This document shows positions 28,574-38,600 of a stretch of DNA of 64,000 nucleotides, in pieces. Below the pieces are notes generated by a model. That model was not told the origin of the DNA. It ran no database searches and saw only the letters and a list, made by a program, of their open reading frames with translations. This DNA comes from a virus. A program made the translations under genes and the position numbers. The stretch spans positions 1-64,000 of IMG/VR virus record IMGVR_UViG_3300046458_000091; one strand, given 5' to 3'. Position 1 is the stretch's first letter. Each line of letters begins with the position of its first letter.

Positions 28574-29047
28574 TTACTGATTCGCAAACCAGTGGTAGTG
28601 CAGCGTGCCGGCCAGAAGGAGAACCTGGCTGTCGTTTTCCCAGTCGCGGTCGGGCTGATCCATGACCAGAAAGGCGTCGATGATGCTTTCTTTCTGGGTG
28701 TAATCGTCCGGGCGACCGGCGTAGATGGTCGCGTTGAACGTGCCACCGTTCGCCAAGATTGCCTTGAGCATTTCGTGGGCATGACTGCGGACGGTCTCGT
28801 AGATACCGCACGGGCCTTCTTGCTTGGTCTTGACCTGCTTGGGCTGGCCCATTTCCTGACCCAGAGGGCCGAAATACGGGATGTTGTCGCCCACGGTCGG
28901 AATCGGCCACGGGAACTGTTTGATCAGCAGCGTCATGTCTTCGAATCCTTCGATGACAATCTGCGCGTCAGCCTGGACGGCCTTACGGCCCATGTCCTGC
29001 GTGTTTTGGTACGTGCGACTCAAAATCGCCATTTTGGAAACGGTCAT
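28574..29047 (-). CDS. bplB: tail tube protein (P1 BplB-like)
   Basis: G.E....L.....P.......YFGP.G....Q......G......ET...Y.W resembles P1 BplB. Confidence 0.78.
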   Translation of the reverse strand: MTVSKMAILSRTYQNTQDMGRKAVQADAQIVIEGFEDMTLLIKQFPWPIPTVGDNIPYFGPLGQEMGQPKQVKTKQEGPCGIYETVRSHAHEMLKAILANGGTFNATIYAGRPDDYTQKESIIDAFLVMDQPDRDWENDSQVLLLAGTLHYHWFANQ

Positions 29048-29081
29048 ACATCACCCTTTGGGAATCTCAACAAACAGGGCA

Positions 29082-29122
29082 ATCGTCACACGTAAAAAAA
29101 CCCGCTTTTGGGCGGGCTTTGC
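29082..29122 (-). promoter_or_regulatory. late promoter (tail tube): GCAAAG-N29-GACGAT; spacer also forms a terminator hairpin
   Basis: Motif with fixed spacing; CCCGC..GCGGG-T7 inside the spacer. Confidence 0.75.
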
Positions 29123-29138
29123 AGGGTTTTTAGGCGCG

Positions 29139-30332
29139 TTACCGGGCGAAAAATCGCTTGATATCGGGCCGATCCAGAGCCGTGAGCGTGGCCATGGAAA
29201 TCTGCACCGGCAAGTCGATGTAATAACCCTTGTTGTCCTTGGGCGCGTCGAGCGGGAAGCTGACGTTTTCAATCACCATCGGCGCCCAGGTGCGGCCCGC
29301 GTAGGTGAAGCCCAACAGGCGCGGCGCCTTGGACGGAAACAGGGCCTTGATAAAGCTGTCGATGTCCTTGGTGGTTTGCAGCACCTCAGACAAGATGCCG
29401 TCCTCTGCCAGCTCCTGGGGGAATACCCACTCCAGCAGGCGCGTCAGCGGCTGTTCCACTTCCTTGAGCGCATCGTGCCAAGCCTTGAAATGCAGGGTGA
29501 AGTTCAGCTTTAACGGCGGCATGCCCGAAAACACCTGGCGCGAATTGAGCTTGGTGATACCGGTGCGGCCTTCAAGGTCGCGCATAACGCTCTTGAGCTT
29601 GTCAGAGCCCGCATTGAGCGTATCGGCTATCGCGCCATCCTTGAACGGGGAAATCGCCTGTAGCGCGTTCAGGACCGGCACCAGCGAGCCCGATTGCAAC
29701 ATCCCCGCCAGCGCGGGGGCCTTGGTCTCAGGCCCGGTGTTCTCGAAAGGCGACTGCCAGTTCTGCTGGATTTCCAGCGAACCCTCTTTGAGGGCGCCAT
29801 AGACCCCCTCAAACTCTTGAATATCGGCCACGCCCTTCGCGTCACACACGAAAATGCGCGCCAGGAACAGCGGCGACAGCGACCCCCAGTCGCCGCCCAG
29901 GTCAGAACTGAGCGACTTGGCGCCGGGAATGTACTCGCCGACCAGACCGGCGCCACCGTCGAAAATGTTCGATACGACCTGTTCCGGGTCGGCGTTCTTC
30001 ACGTCATCGACCAAACCGCTAACCTTGTCCGCTACGCCATCGTAGACGTCACTGATCGTGGTCTTGCCGTTCCACAGGTCGGATACCGTATCGCTGACGG
30101 TGCCTAACGCCCCTTCAATGGCCTTGCGGTTGGCGGTGCCGCCTACAAGACTGTCCAGGCGGCCTACACCGGCCTTGATGATGCCGGAGGCGGCGCCAGC
30201 GGCACCGTCCCCTATGAACTTGGTGGCTGACCCCAGCAGTTTGTTAGACGTCGCCCCGGCAGCGGTTCCGGTCACGTCTTTTACGGTGCCGGAGACCGAT
30301 TGCCCGAGGCTGTCTAAACTGAAGTCAGCCAT
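29139..30332 (-). CDS. pmgG: PmgG-like tail/baseplate protein with Gly/Ala-rich N-terminal extension
   Basis: QNWQSPF...NS..VF.G.PP...I.NVSF.LDAP.D..GY. Confidence 0.75.
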   Translation of the reverse strand: MADFSLDSLGQSVSGTVKDVTGTAAGATSNKLLGSATKFIGDGAAGAASGIIKAGVGRLDSLVGGTANRKAIEGALGTVSDTVSDLWNGKTTISDVYDGVADKVSGLVDDVKNADPEQVVSNIFDGGAGLVGEYIPGAKSLSSDLGGDWGSLSPLFLARIFVCDAKGVADIQEFEGVYGALKEGSLEIQQNWQSPFENTGPETKAPALAGMLQSGSLVPVLNALQAISPFKDGAIADTLNAGSDKLKSVMRDLEGRTGITKLNSRQVFSGMPPLKLNFTLHFKAWHDALKEVEQPLTRLLEWVFPQELAEDGILSEVLQTTKDIDSFIKALFPSKAPRLLGFTYAGRTWAPMVIENVSFPLDAPKDNKGYYIDLPVQISMATLTALDRPDIKRFFAR

Positions 30333-30335
30333 TTC

Positions 30336-31079
30336 TTACTTGCCCAGCATGCGGCGGCGTAGACGCATCGACTTCGCGCGCCGCATCTTCGCTGCACCGG
30401 AGAAGGCCTTTTTCTGCATTTTACGCACGGCGCTTTTCTGGGCAGCGGTCAGGCGAACGTGGCCGCTGACTCGCTTTTTGATGCGCACTTTCTTGCCCTG
30501 GCGCACGGCCATGACCTTCTTGTAGACCGCATCCATCATGTTGTCATCGTCGCCACTGACGAACTTGTCCGCGTCGTCGAGCATGGCATCGTCGCCCTGC
30601 GGCAGCTTATCCAGAAGTGCGTCATGCACGCGGGCAGCTACTTCGTTGTCGAAGCTCATTTCTTCGCCCAGCAAGGCGTCAATGTCTTCAGGGGCAATAC
30701 CTTTATCTTCCATGTAGTCGCCGATCAGATCGGACAGATTCGCGGCATAGTCGGATTCGGCGTCGGTGATTTCTTCGTCGCCATCCGTGGCCACGCCGAC
30801 AATCAGCGCATACAGGCGGTCGCCGTAGCCTTCGCCCTTTTCAAGCTCCGACTCAGACCACTCCTGGACGATCATCACCGCGTCTTGGCGCATTTCGGCG
30901 GTGATGAGGGTGTCAGGCGCGTTTTCCTCGGTGATGTCGTCGAGCATGGCGCCCGGCTGATTCAGCGGCTTTTCTTGTTGCTGCTGTTGTTGCTGTTGCT
31001 GTTGTTGGTCAACAGCCGGTGCGGCGTAGGCCTGGGTGATGGCCGCGCCAGCGGCCAGTACGGTTTTCAGGTAGTTCAT
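30336..31079 (-). CDS. P1 gp21-like protein (acidic body, basic C-terminal tail)
   Basis: Lies between sheath and pmgG; RLTAAQKSA.RK...A..GAAK.RR.KSM.LRRR.LG. Confidence 0.72.
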   Translation of the reverse strand: MNYLKTVLAAGAAITQAYAAPAVDQQQQQQQQQQQEKPLNQPGAMLDDITEENAPDTLITAEMRQDAVMIVQEWSESELEKGEGYGDRLYALIVGVATDGDEEITDAESDYAANLSDLIGDYMEDKGIAPEDIDALLGEEMSFDNEVAARVHDALLDKLPQGDDAMLDDADKFVSGDDDNMMDAVYKKVMAVRQGKKVRIKKRVSGHVRLTAAQKSAVRKMQKKAFSGAAKMRRAKSMRLRRRMLGK

Positions 31080-31091
31080 GGGGTCACCTCC

Positions 31092-32738
31092 TTACGGGCG
31101 CACGATGTTTTGCTGGTTGCTGATAACCCGGGCGGTGCCGACGTAAGACATGAATGTCTCGATGGCCATCCGTTCCATGGGTTGGTTTTCGCTCGGCTGG
31201 ATAGTGGCGTTGTAGGCGCCGCCGTCGAGTTCAGCGCTCGGTTGAAGCCAGCCCGCCGACTTCAGCGCTGGGAAAAACTTCGCTACAAAGTCTTCGGTTG
31301 TCTTGACTGCCTGATCCATTGGCTTTTGCAGGGCTTGCTGAGCCACGGCTGCAATCGTGTCGTCCACGTAAGTCGCCATTTCCACAACGGCGATGAGCTT
31401 GGTGGCGCCCTCGGTTTTCGCGCCGGTCAGGGAGTCCCACCAGACGAAATTGCCGCCGCTCACGTAGTCCACATAGAACACAGGGTTGATACGGCTGGCC
31501 GCCAGGGTTTCCAGGTCGTCCGATTCCAGCTCTACGGTCTGGATCATGCCGGTACGGGTAACCGCGAAATCACTGCCCGCGATCACGACATTGCGTTTTG
31601 CGATGCCCTTGGCGTTGACCACTGCGTTACGCGCGCAGCGCAGGCCGATGTTCAAGCCGGACGTGCCGATGAAAGCCTGGCCACCCGCTGCCGGATTGGT
31701 AGCCGTGAACGGGGCCCAATAGCACTGGCTGTAGATGATGTCGGTATCGCCGCCTACGGAGTCGTAGAAGTTAACGGCAGCCTCAACGCTGAAGCGGCCC
31801 GGGATGTCCCACGGCACCTGGCGGTTGATGTCCTTGCCCAGCTGGAGCAGGCGAGAAAGCAGCGCAACGCTTTCGGTGCCGCCAGAGCCAATGTAGGTGA
31901 ACGAAGGCTTGGCACGGCGCAGGCGCGCTACAGCAGCGTCCAGGTCGGCATTGGTGTACAGCGTCGGGCCTTCAGTGAAGTACTGGAGCGGCGAGCCAGA
32001 GAAAATATCCTTGTTGCCGGTCTTGCCGTAGAACACGCAGGTCGGCGGGATAACCGCGTCCAGCGCCACATCAGTCACCAGCAGCAGGTCGGTGTACTGG
32101 GTCACGATGTCGGTAATGAAGTAGCTCTTACCGAATTCGTCCAGAGCAGCCGGATCAAGCGAGCCAGTGTAAGGACCCAGCACGATTTCGTTGGTATTCA
32201 CGTCACGCAGTTGCAGGGTGACGATTTTGGAGGCCTGGGCCACGCCCGCGTCATTTTCAACCGCGACAGCATGGATTTCGGGCTGCACGCCCTCGCTGAA
32301 GCATTCCAGGTGCTTGATGGCCAGCAGATCACCTGCCGACAAGCCCACCTCTTCATCGACCAGTTTCCATACCGGCGTTGCAGTAGCGCCCTGGGCCGGG
32401 GGCAAGGAAGCGGTGGCCACCATCAGCTGGTTCTTAGCGCTGGCACTAACCAGACGCGAGACAACGGCCTGTACGGTGCCCGCCTTGAGGGCTTCATAGA
32501 TATGAACGTAGGGCTGCGCCAGGGCGCTGGCCGACATCGACTGAGCAGCGCCCAGCCAGCGGGTTTGCTTGCCCTTGGAAACCGCAAAGGCCTTGTCAAT
32601 GCGCCCACGGCTAAAGCGGCCAGTGATGGCCATGTTGTGCGCCACAGTGTTGGTGCTGGGCTGTTCGGACATGTCGTTGATCGGGTACAGCAGTACGCCG
32701 GAACGCTTGTCGATGGTGCGCGAGAAAGGAATGGTCAT
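31092..32738 (-). CDS. tail sheath protein (P1 gp22-like)
   Basis: 548 aa; GRF.RGRIDK.F.V, LA..RINPV, DSLT; position next to the capsid gene. Confidence 0.85.
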   Translation of the reverse strand: MTIPFSRTIDKRSGVLLYPINDMSEQPSTNTVAHNMAITGRFSRGRIDKAFAVSKGKQTRWLGAAQSMSASALAQPYVHIYEALKAGTVQAVVSRLVSASAKNQLMVATASLPPAQGATATPVWKLVDEEVGLSAGDLLAIKHLECFSEGVQPEIHAVAVENDAGVAQASKIVTLQLRDVNTNEIVLGPYTGSLDPAALDEFGKSYFITDIVTQYTDLLLVTDVALDAVIPPTCVFYGKTGNKDIFSGSPLQYFTEGPTLYTNADLDAAVARLRRAKPSFTYIGSGGTESVALLSRLLQLGKDINRQVPWDIPGRFSVEAAVNFYDSVGGDTDIIYSQCYWAPFTATNPAAGGQAFIGTSGLNIGLRCARNAVVNAKGIAKRNVVIAGSDFAVTRTGMIQTVELESDDLETLAASRINPVFYVDYVSGGNFVWWDSLTGAKTEGATKLIAVVEMATYVDDTIAAVAQQALQKPMDQAVKTTEDFVAKFFPALKSAGWLQPSAELDGGAYNATIQPSENQPMERMAIETFMSYVGTARVISNQQNIVRP

Positions 32739-33169
32739 TGCTGAGCCTCCACAGGGGCAGCGGCTGGAGCTGCGGCCTCAGTTTTGCCAGGCTTGGTGAC
32801 CTTGGCGGTGCTCTTGCCCGCTGTCGAATCGGCAGGCGTATCACCTACCGGGTCAAGAGGCGCCTCAGGGACCGGCGCCACCACTTGGGGAGCGGTCAGC
32901 TCTGCGAAGTCCTCAGCATCACTGCCAGCACGGCTGGCCAGCTGGGACAGATCGGTAACCAGCAGCCAGGCCTGGTCAATGCTGCGTACGCGCACCTTCA
33001 CGGCCTCGCCCGGGGCGATAGGGGTGTTGATGCCCGAGGACGGGACTACCAACGCCTTGATGTGCTTGTGCTTCAGCTCCAGCACGAAGGGGAAGGTCTG
33101 ACCATCCACCAGTTTCTCAACGAGAGCCTGCGGGGCGTCACCTGCCTTGCTATCAATCTTTACTGTCAT
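32735..33169 (-). CDS. virion-associated hypothetical protein
   Basis: In the capsid operon; FP..L.L domain shared with the upstream gene. Confidence 0.7.
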   Translation of the reverse strand: MTVKIDSKAGDAPQALVEKLVDGQTFPFVLELKHKHIKALVVPSSGINTPIAPGEAVKVRVRSIDQAWLLVTDLSQLASRAGSDAEDFAELTAPQVVAPVPEAPLDPVGDTPADSTAGKSTAKVTKPGKTEAAAPAAAPVEAQQ

Positions 33170-33836
33170 ACATCACCTGCAAACCCAAAAGGTTGTTCCA
33201 CTTGTGCGCCCGTGCACTGCTGGTCAGCGCCTTGCTGAGCTTCGCCCACTGCACCTGGTCAACCTCGACCGCGACAGTCCCGTAGGCGGGAATGGCAACG
33301 TTCGGCCCGGCCACTGCAAAGCGGTCTCGGGTGTTGTTGGTAAGGGTCACAGTGGCGGGGAAGTCAGCGATTTCAGGCAGCACCCACCCTGTAAAAGGTA
33401 CGGCACCGGAATCGGTGTTTTTGGCAGGGGTTTGCGCCCGTTGCGCGTCTTCAGCAATGGCCAGATCCCAGGCTTTCGCGTCGTTGCGCTCGCCGTCTTC
33501 ATGGATGGCGTCATCCCAAGCGGCCAGGCCTTCCGTGCGCAGGGCGTCATAAGCACGGGCCTCATCCTCTGCAAGAGCCATCGCAGCGGCGTCAGCGGCT
33601 GCCGCGTCGGTCAGGCGTTTCAGTTCGGCAGCCGGATCGGCATCACCACCACCCGAGCCATCGCCACCCTCGGGCCCGGACCCACCTGGTGGAGCGCCCG
33701 CACCTGGAGCAGGTGCGGCAGCGCCAGGCGTTGCGCCTGGCTCTTTAACTTCATCCTTCGCGCCAGCGGCGCCCGCCTTGGGCGCCTTGGCGGCAACGGC
33801 CTTATCCGTTGCCTTTTTAGTCGTAGTGCCAGCCAT
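33153..33836 (-). CDS. virion-associated hypothetical protein (decoration candidate)
   Basis: Directly downstream of the capsid gene; low-complexity N-terminus plus an FPATVTL domain. Confidence 0.7.
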   Translation of the reverse strand: MAGTTTKKATDKAVAAKAPKAGAAGAKDEVKEPGATPGAAAPAPGAGAPPGGSGPEGGDGSGGGDADPAAELKRLTDAAAADAAAMALAEDEARAYDALRTEGLAAWDDAIHEDGERNDAKAWDLAIAEDAQRAQTPAKNTDSGAVPFTGWVLPEIADFPATVTLTNNTRDRFAVAGPNVAIPAYGTVAVEVDQVQWAKLSKALTSSARAHKWNNLLGLQVMYDSKD

Positions 33837-33849
33837 GACGGCCCCCTGA

Positions 33850-35532
33850 TCAGGTCAGTGCAAACACGTTCTTGATGGTGATCAGCGCGCAACCCAGGGC
33901 CGAAGCCTTGTGCGGGTTGGCTTCAGTCAGTTGACGACTGAACAGCGCAGCACCGGTTTTCAGGTCGGAATTGACCGCCAGCGGGATCAGGGTCGGCGAG
34001 ACCGCATCAGAGAAGACAATCGGGTTACGCGCCACTTGCGGGGAGCGGCCGATGCACAGCATCTCGATGTCGGTCTCGGTTTCTTCGACGACATACGGGT
34101 CATAGATGACGTCGTATTTGCCCTTGTAGCGGCCCACGCGCCAGAAGCCAGGCTTCGCGTCAACGCCGGACGATACGAAGTCGTTGCTGTCCATCGACAG
34201 GAACTGAGCCATACCGATAGCGCCCACGTAGATGAACGCCAGGCCGTATTCCATGGTGGTGTTGGCCACCGCCTGGTCAACAGCCGCGACGAACGAACCG
34301 AAGTCGCGCCAGCCCTGCGCACGGGTCTTCTGGAGCAGCATTTCAGCCGCGTTGAAGTCGTAAGTGCGGTGGGTGTTCTTCGCCAGCTTTTTGACCTTGC
34401 GCAGAGCCGCGATATAGCGCTCGTTGGCCAGCTGAGTACGCGCTGCCTGGACCGCGATGGTCAGGCGGTCGGCGCCCAGTTCCGACTGGGACTGGCTACG
34501 CGAATCAGGGGTGGCCTGCATGATCACGCGCGAGGGCGCGCAGTACAGGGAGAAGCTGGTAGCGATGGTGCCAATGTTCGGCGCCAGGGCTGGGTTTTGC
34601 TCGAAATCGATAAACGCCTGTGCGTCTACATCGACGTCCGCAGGCAGCGCCGTAGCGAACGCCAGAGAGCCCACGCCGGTTTTTACGTTGATTACACCGG
34701 TAATGGAGTAATCGGTGCCGCCCGCCGAAAAGGAGCCGACCAGATTGGAGTTGTCAGTGCCGGAGTTGTTGGACTGCTCGAAAGCAACCGAAAAACCGTT
34801 AACTGCGATGGTGGTGCGGTTACGCAGCACAGGTACGGTGCCGCCAGCGCCACCGCTTTGGGTGGTAATGGCAAAGGTGCCGCTCTTGCGGTCGCCCGCG
34901 ATGGTCACCGGCACAACACGTTCAGAACGGGTGTACTCCTGGCCACCGGCCACGCCGTCGATGATGTCACCCGCTTTGTAGGCGCCGAAGGTGGAGCCTG
35001 CAATGGAGGTAATGATTGCCAACTTCGACTCGTTAGAGCTGAGGTCGGACGGCAGGTAAGCGCCGAACGGAATCGCCTCGCTCAGACCGCCAGTGATGGC
35101 CACCGCGATGCGGTTCGGCTGGTGCGACAGGGACGCCGACGTGTTGTTGGTACTGATGCTGTCGAGGGTGACGCCATCGGGCAGGACGTTGGTGGCCTTG
35201 CCGTCAGAGATGTTTTCGGCCTGGGACAGAACGGCGTCCAGCAGGTCGGCGGACGGGGTGAAACCGTGTTGGCGTTCGAAGGCGTTGATGCCGTCGAGCA
35301 TGGAGGTTACGGCCAGGGCCTTGTTCTGGTCGCCGTCGATACGGTCCAGCAGGCGGCGCATGCGTTCAGGGGCCAGGCGTGCAGCGTCGGAGACAACGTT
35401 TTTCACAACGTCTTGGGATGCCGGGCTCAGGCTGTCGAGCATTGCGCCGTTATTACGGGCTGCCGCGACCATCGAACCAACTCGTTCCTCGACTTCGTAC
35501 AAGCCGGAGTCGGGCGCGTAAAGATTGGGCAT
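33850..35532 (-). CDS. major capsid protein (P1 gp23-like)
   Basis: 560 aa with a propeptide carrying MLDS sites; AGSTFGAY..GD, FIDFEQNP.L.P. Confidence 0.88.
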   Translation of the reverse strand: MPNLYAPDSGLYEVEERVGSMVAAARNNGAMLDSLSPASQDVVKNVVSDAARLAPERMRRLLDRIDGDQNKALAVTSMLDGINAFERQHGFTPSADLLDAVLSQAENISDGKATNVLPDGVTLDSISTNNTSASLSHQPNRIAVAITGGLSEAIPFGAYLPSDLSSNESKLAIITSIAGSTFGAYKAGDIIDGVAGGQEYTRSERVVPVTIAGDRKSGTFAITTQSGGAGGTVPVLRNRTTIAVNGFSVAFEQSNNSGTDNSNLVGSFSAGGTDYSITGVINVKTGVGSLAFATALPADVDVDAQAFIDFEQNPALAPNIGTIATSFSLYCAPSRVIMQATPDSRSQSQSELGADRLTIAVQAARTQLANERYIAALRKVKKLAKNTHRTYDFNAAEMLLQKTRAQGWRDFGSFVAAVDQAVANTTMEYGLAFIYVGAIGMAQFLSMDSNDFVSSGVDAKPGFWRVGRYKGKYDVIYDPYVVEETETDIEMLCIGRSPQVARNPIVFSDAVSPTLIPLAVNSDLKTGAALFSRQLTEANPHKASALGCALITIKNVFALT

Positions 35533-35585
35533 TACGTGTTACCTCATTACTGATGATGGGCTGCGCCCGATACGTTTCAGAAATG

Positions 35586-35626
35586 ATGGTAAGGGTCCAA
35601 AACCCCCGTTTTTGGCGGGGGTTTGC
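35586..35626 (-). promoter_or_regulatory. late promoter (capsid): GCAAAC-N29-TACCAT
   Basis: Motif with fixed spacing. Confidence 0.8.
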
Positions 35627-35648
35627 ACGGTTTTCACGCGGCGCGCTG

Positions 35649-38600
35649 CTACTTTTCGAGCACGATCAAACGCCCCCCGGCGTCGGTTTGCGCCAGCAGG
35701 TTTTTATCCTTGAAGGTGCCGCCTTCCAGGGGTTCGACCGTGGCGTCATGGGACTCAAGCCAGGCCCTGAAGGACGTCGCCGCCGCATCTCGACCGAAGA
35801 AAACCCCTTCCCCTGCGATGGCTACCAGCGTTCCGCCAGGCGCCAACATGCCGAAGGCGCGCATGATGTGAGCGGCGTCCCGGCGATTGCTAAAGGGTGG
35901 GTTCATGATGATGGCCGGGTACGGCTGTTCCGGCGTGAAGGTGTCGAAGTCGTTGCCAACCACGTTGTAGCCCTTGGCCGTGAGGATCTCGCGCAGCTGG
36001 TCGGACAGCTCGATGACATCCACTTCCCCGCCAGCAGCCTTTGCAGCGTCCGCCAGGTTGCCATTGCCCGCGCTGGGCTCCAGTACCCGCATGCCTTTCT
36101 TGATACCCGCCAGGGTGGCCATACGCTGCGCCAGGTGCGCAGGGGTAGGGAAGAAATCCAGGCCCACTTTCTGGCCGATGATGGCCCGTTCAGCTTTCTT
36201 GATGGGGTCCTCTTCGACCTTTGCAACCATCATCGGAATCAGCTCGCGCACGGCGGCCTGCATGGTGGCCACGTCGGTGATGCCCATGCGCGCCAGCCGA
36301 TCTGTCTTGGCGATGGCCTCCATGGGGGCCTCCAGAATCCATGAGCCGGTGCCGGTGCCTTTTAGCGCGTCGTTGGCCTTACGGGTAATGGCCATGTCCT
36401 CGCTGTTCATGGTGAAGCGCTCAGACCGCTGGCCCATCTTGGCCAGGGCTGCAATCAGTCGGCTGTTACCTTTGGGGTTCTGCTTGGCGATGGCTTCCGA
36501 CGCCTTACGGAAACGTTCAGACCATGTGATCAGGCTCGGCATAGTGACGTGCTTGAGGTCGTTATCATCGACCGGGCGGCCTTTGCGGCTCAGCTGCTCG
36601 CTGTAGCTCAGATGCTTATCAGCTTCGTATTGCGCAAGGTGCAGCGCCTTTTGCAGCTCTTCCAACTGGGCCCGGCTCGACAGCTTGGCCAGCAAACCGG
36701 CTGTACCGTTTTCGATGGCGTCGGCGATGTTGTTCAACGTCTGGCCAGCGGCTTTGTCGTAGGAAGCGCGAGCGACGGAACTGGCGGCCATACCAGCACG
36801 CCGGGCGGTGTTGGTGTTGCGCTCCTGGTTCATGCCCGCGTGACCGGTCTCTACGGCTTTATTCGCCACAGCACGCAGCTTTTCCACCTGGTTGGACAGC
36901 GCCTTTTGCGCGCGCTCTGCGGCCTGGCGTTCTGCGGTGGCGAGCTGCTCGGCCTGCTGTTCTGGAGACAGCACGACCGGCGCCTGGGCGGCCGGGATGT
37001 GGGCGGTCTCGCCGGACAAGTACTTCTCGCGGATGAAGTACCCGCCGTTCATGCGCCAGGTGTACGGGTCGATTTCCTTGGCTTGCGCCTGGGTCAGGTC
37101 GGTGCGGATGATGCCGCGCAGCACCTTGTCGCGCTTGGTGGTGTATTCAATGATCTGGTGGGCCACGTCGGACGCTGGCGGCGGCTCAGGCGCCTCAGCT
37201 GGCTCCGGCTCCGACAGTTCGCCCTCAATGAACATATTCAGGACCAGCCCGCCCATATCATCCAGCATGACATCGGCGTTTTCGTGTTCTACACTTGCCC
37301 CTGACGGATGCCCTGAATAGTTATCAGGGGAACATCTGCCCCCTAAAGCGGTGCTTGTTGAATCAAGCATCGCTTTTTCTTTGGGCGGGTCAATCATCAG
37401 GTCGTAATACAGATGACCCATGTTGTCTTTCTCGACGACCACCCGTACCGCTATCGACTCTCCCGCCAACGCCACGACGCTGCTCAGGTTGTAATAGCCC
37501 ACGACCTGGGGCTTTTTGTCGAGCTTGAAATTCTGCACAAACTCGGCCGCCGTGGCGCTCGCCAGGATCTGCGGCACCGCATGCAGCAATTTGATTTTCT
37601 TGGGGTTGCCGCTGAACGCCAACGTCTCCTTGATGCCGCGCTGTCGAATTTCGACCTGGGCCCCAAGCACCGGGCAATTCACCATCTGCCCGCGCATAGC
37701 CTTCAAATACGCTTCAGCAGCGCCCCGCAAGGCCTTCTTGCCCTCAGGGGTGTCCGGGAACTCTCCGAACTCAGTGCCGGTTAACTCAATCGGCGGCTTC
37801 GGTACGTCCGGCTCTTCAGCTGTCTGGTCTTGCTGGGCGGCCTGCTCAAGCGGTATGACAATTCCGCCTTTCTCCACAAAGCTCGCCAGCGTTACGCCGG
37901 GAGCCAGGGAAAATGGCTTAGATTGGGCACGTAGGTTATTGAGCACTACGCCATCTTGCCGCAACTGAGCCAATGCGCTGGGACCTTCGGCGTTCGCCCC
38001 CTGGAGTTGCAGGCTGCCCAGCGTATTGCGGTCGGAGCGGCCGGTTTTCTCAAGGCACTCAACGATTTTGTATTTAGCCCGTGCGACCTGGAATTCACGA
38101 AGAGGCAACTTATCGATACGGCTGGCCGCGTACAGGCTGAATGTATCGAAGCCCACCGCCTTCGCTGCATACTGGTCGGCCGCGTCTGAATCGTCGCCTT
38201 TGGCCTCTTGCTCGGACGGCGCCGCAGGCTGCTCGATTTCCGGCATGACGGCCAGCTTGCGGGCCGCCTCCACCAGCGCGTCAAAGTCCTTGCCGACGAT
38301 ACGAATACCGTTACCGCCACCCGGGAGGCGGTAGCTCAACGTCAAGCCAAGTTCCTGCTTTTCCACGCGCGCCCAGGAGCCGACCGGCGTGCTACTGATC
38401 TTGCGGCTCACTACGCCCTGGTTATGGCGCTGATCGTACGGCAGGGTGTCGAGCCAGGAGACGAACGCGGTGGCCAGCACCTTCTGCTGGGCAATCATGC
38501 TGTCATAGCCAGCCTCAGCCGGTGGCATATCCGGCCGGGCGAATACGGGGTTTGCGCCGCCTTCAAAGCCTGCCCGGGTCAGGAACATGTTATTGGCGTT

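Noticed and set aside
30974-31007. Poly-Gln CAA/CAG run as a phase-variable repeat
   Set aside because: It is an in-frame mixed-codon triplet run in a probable linker; slippage would not shift frame.
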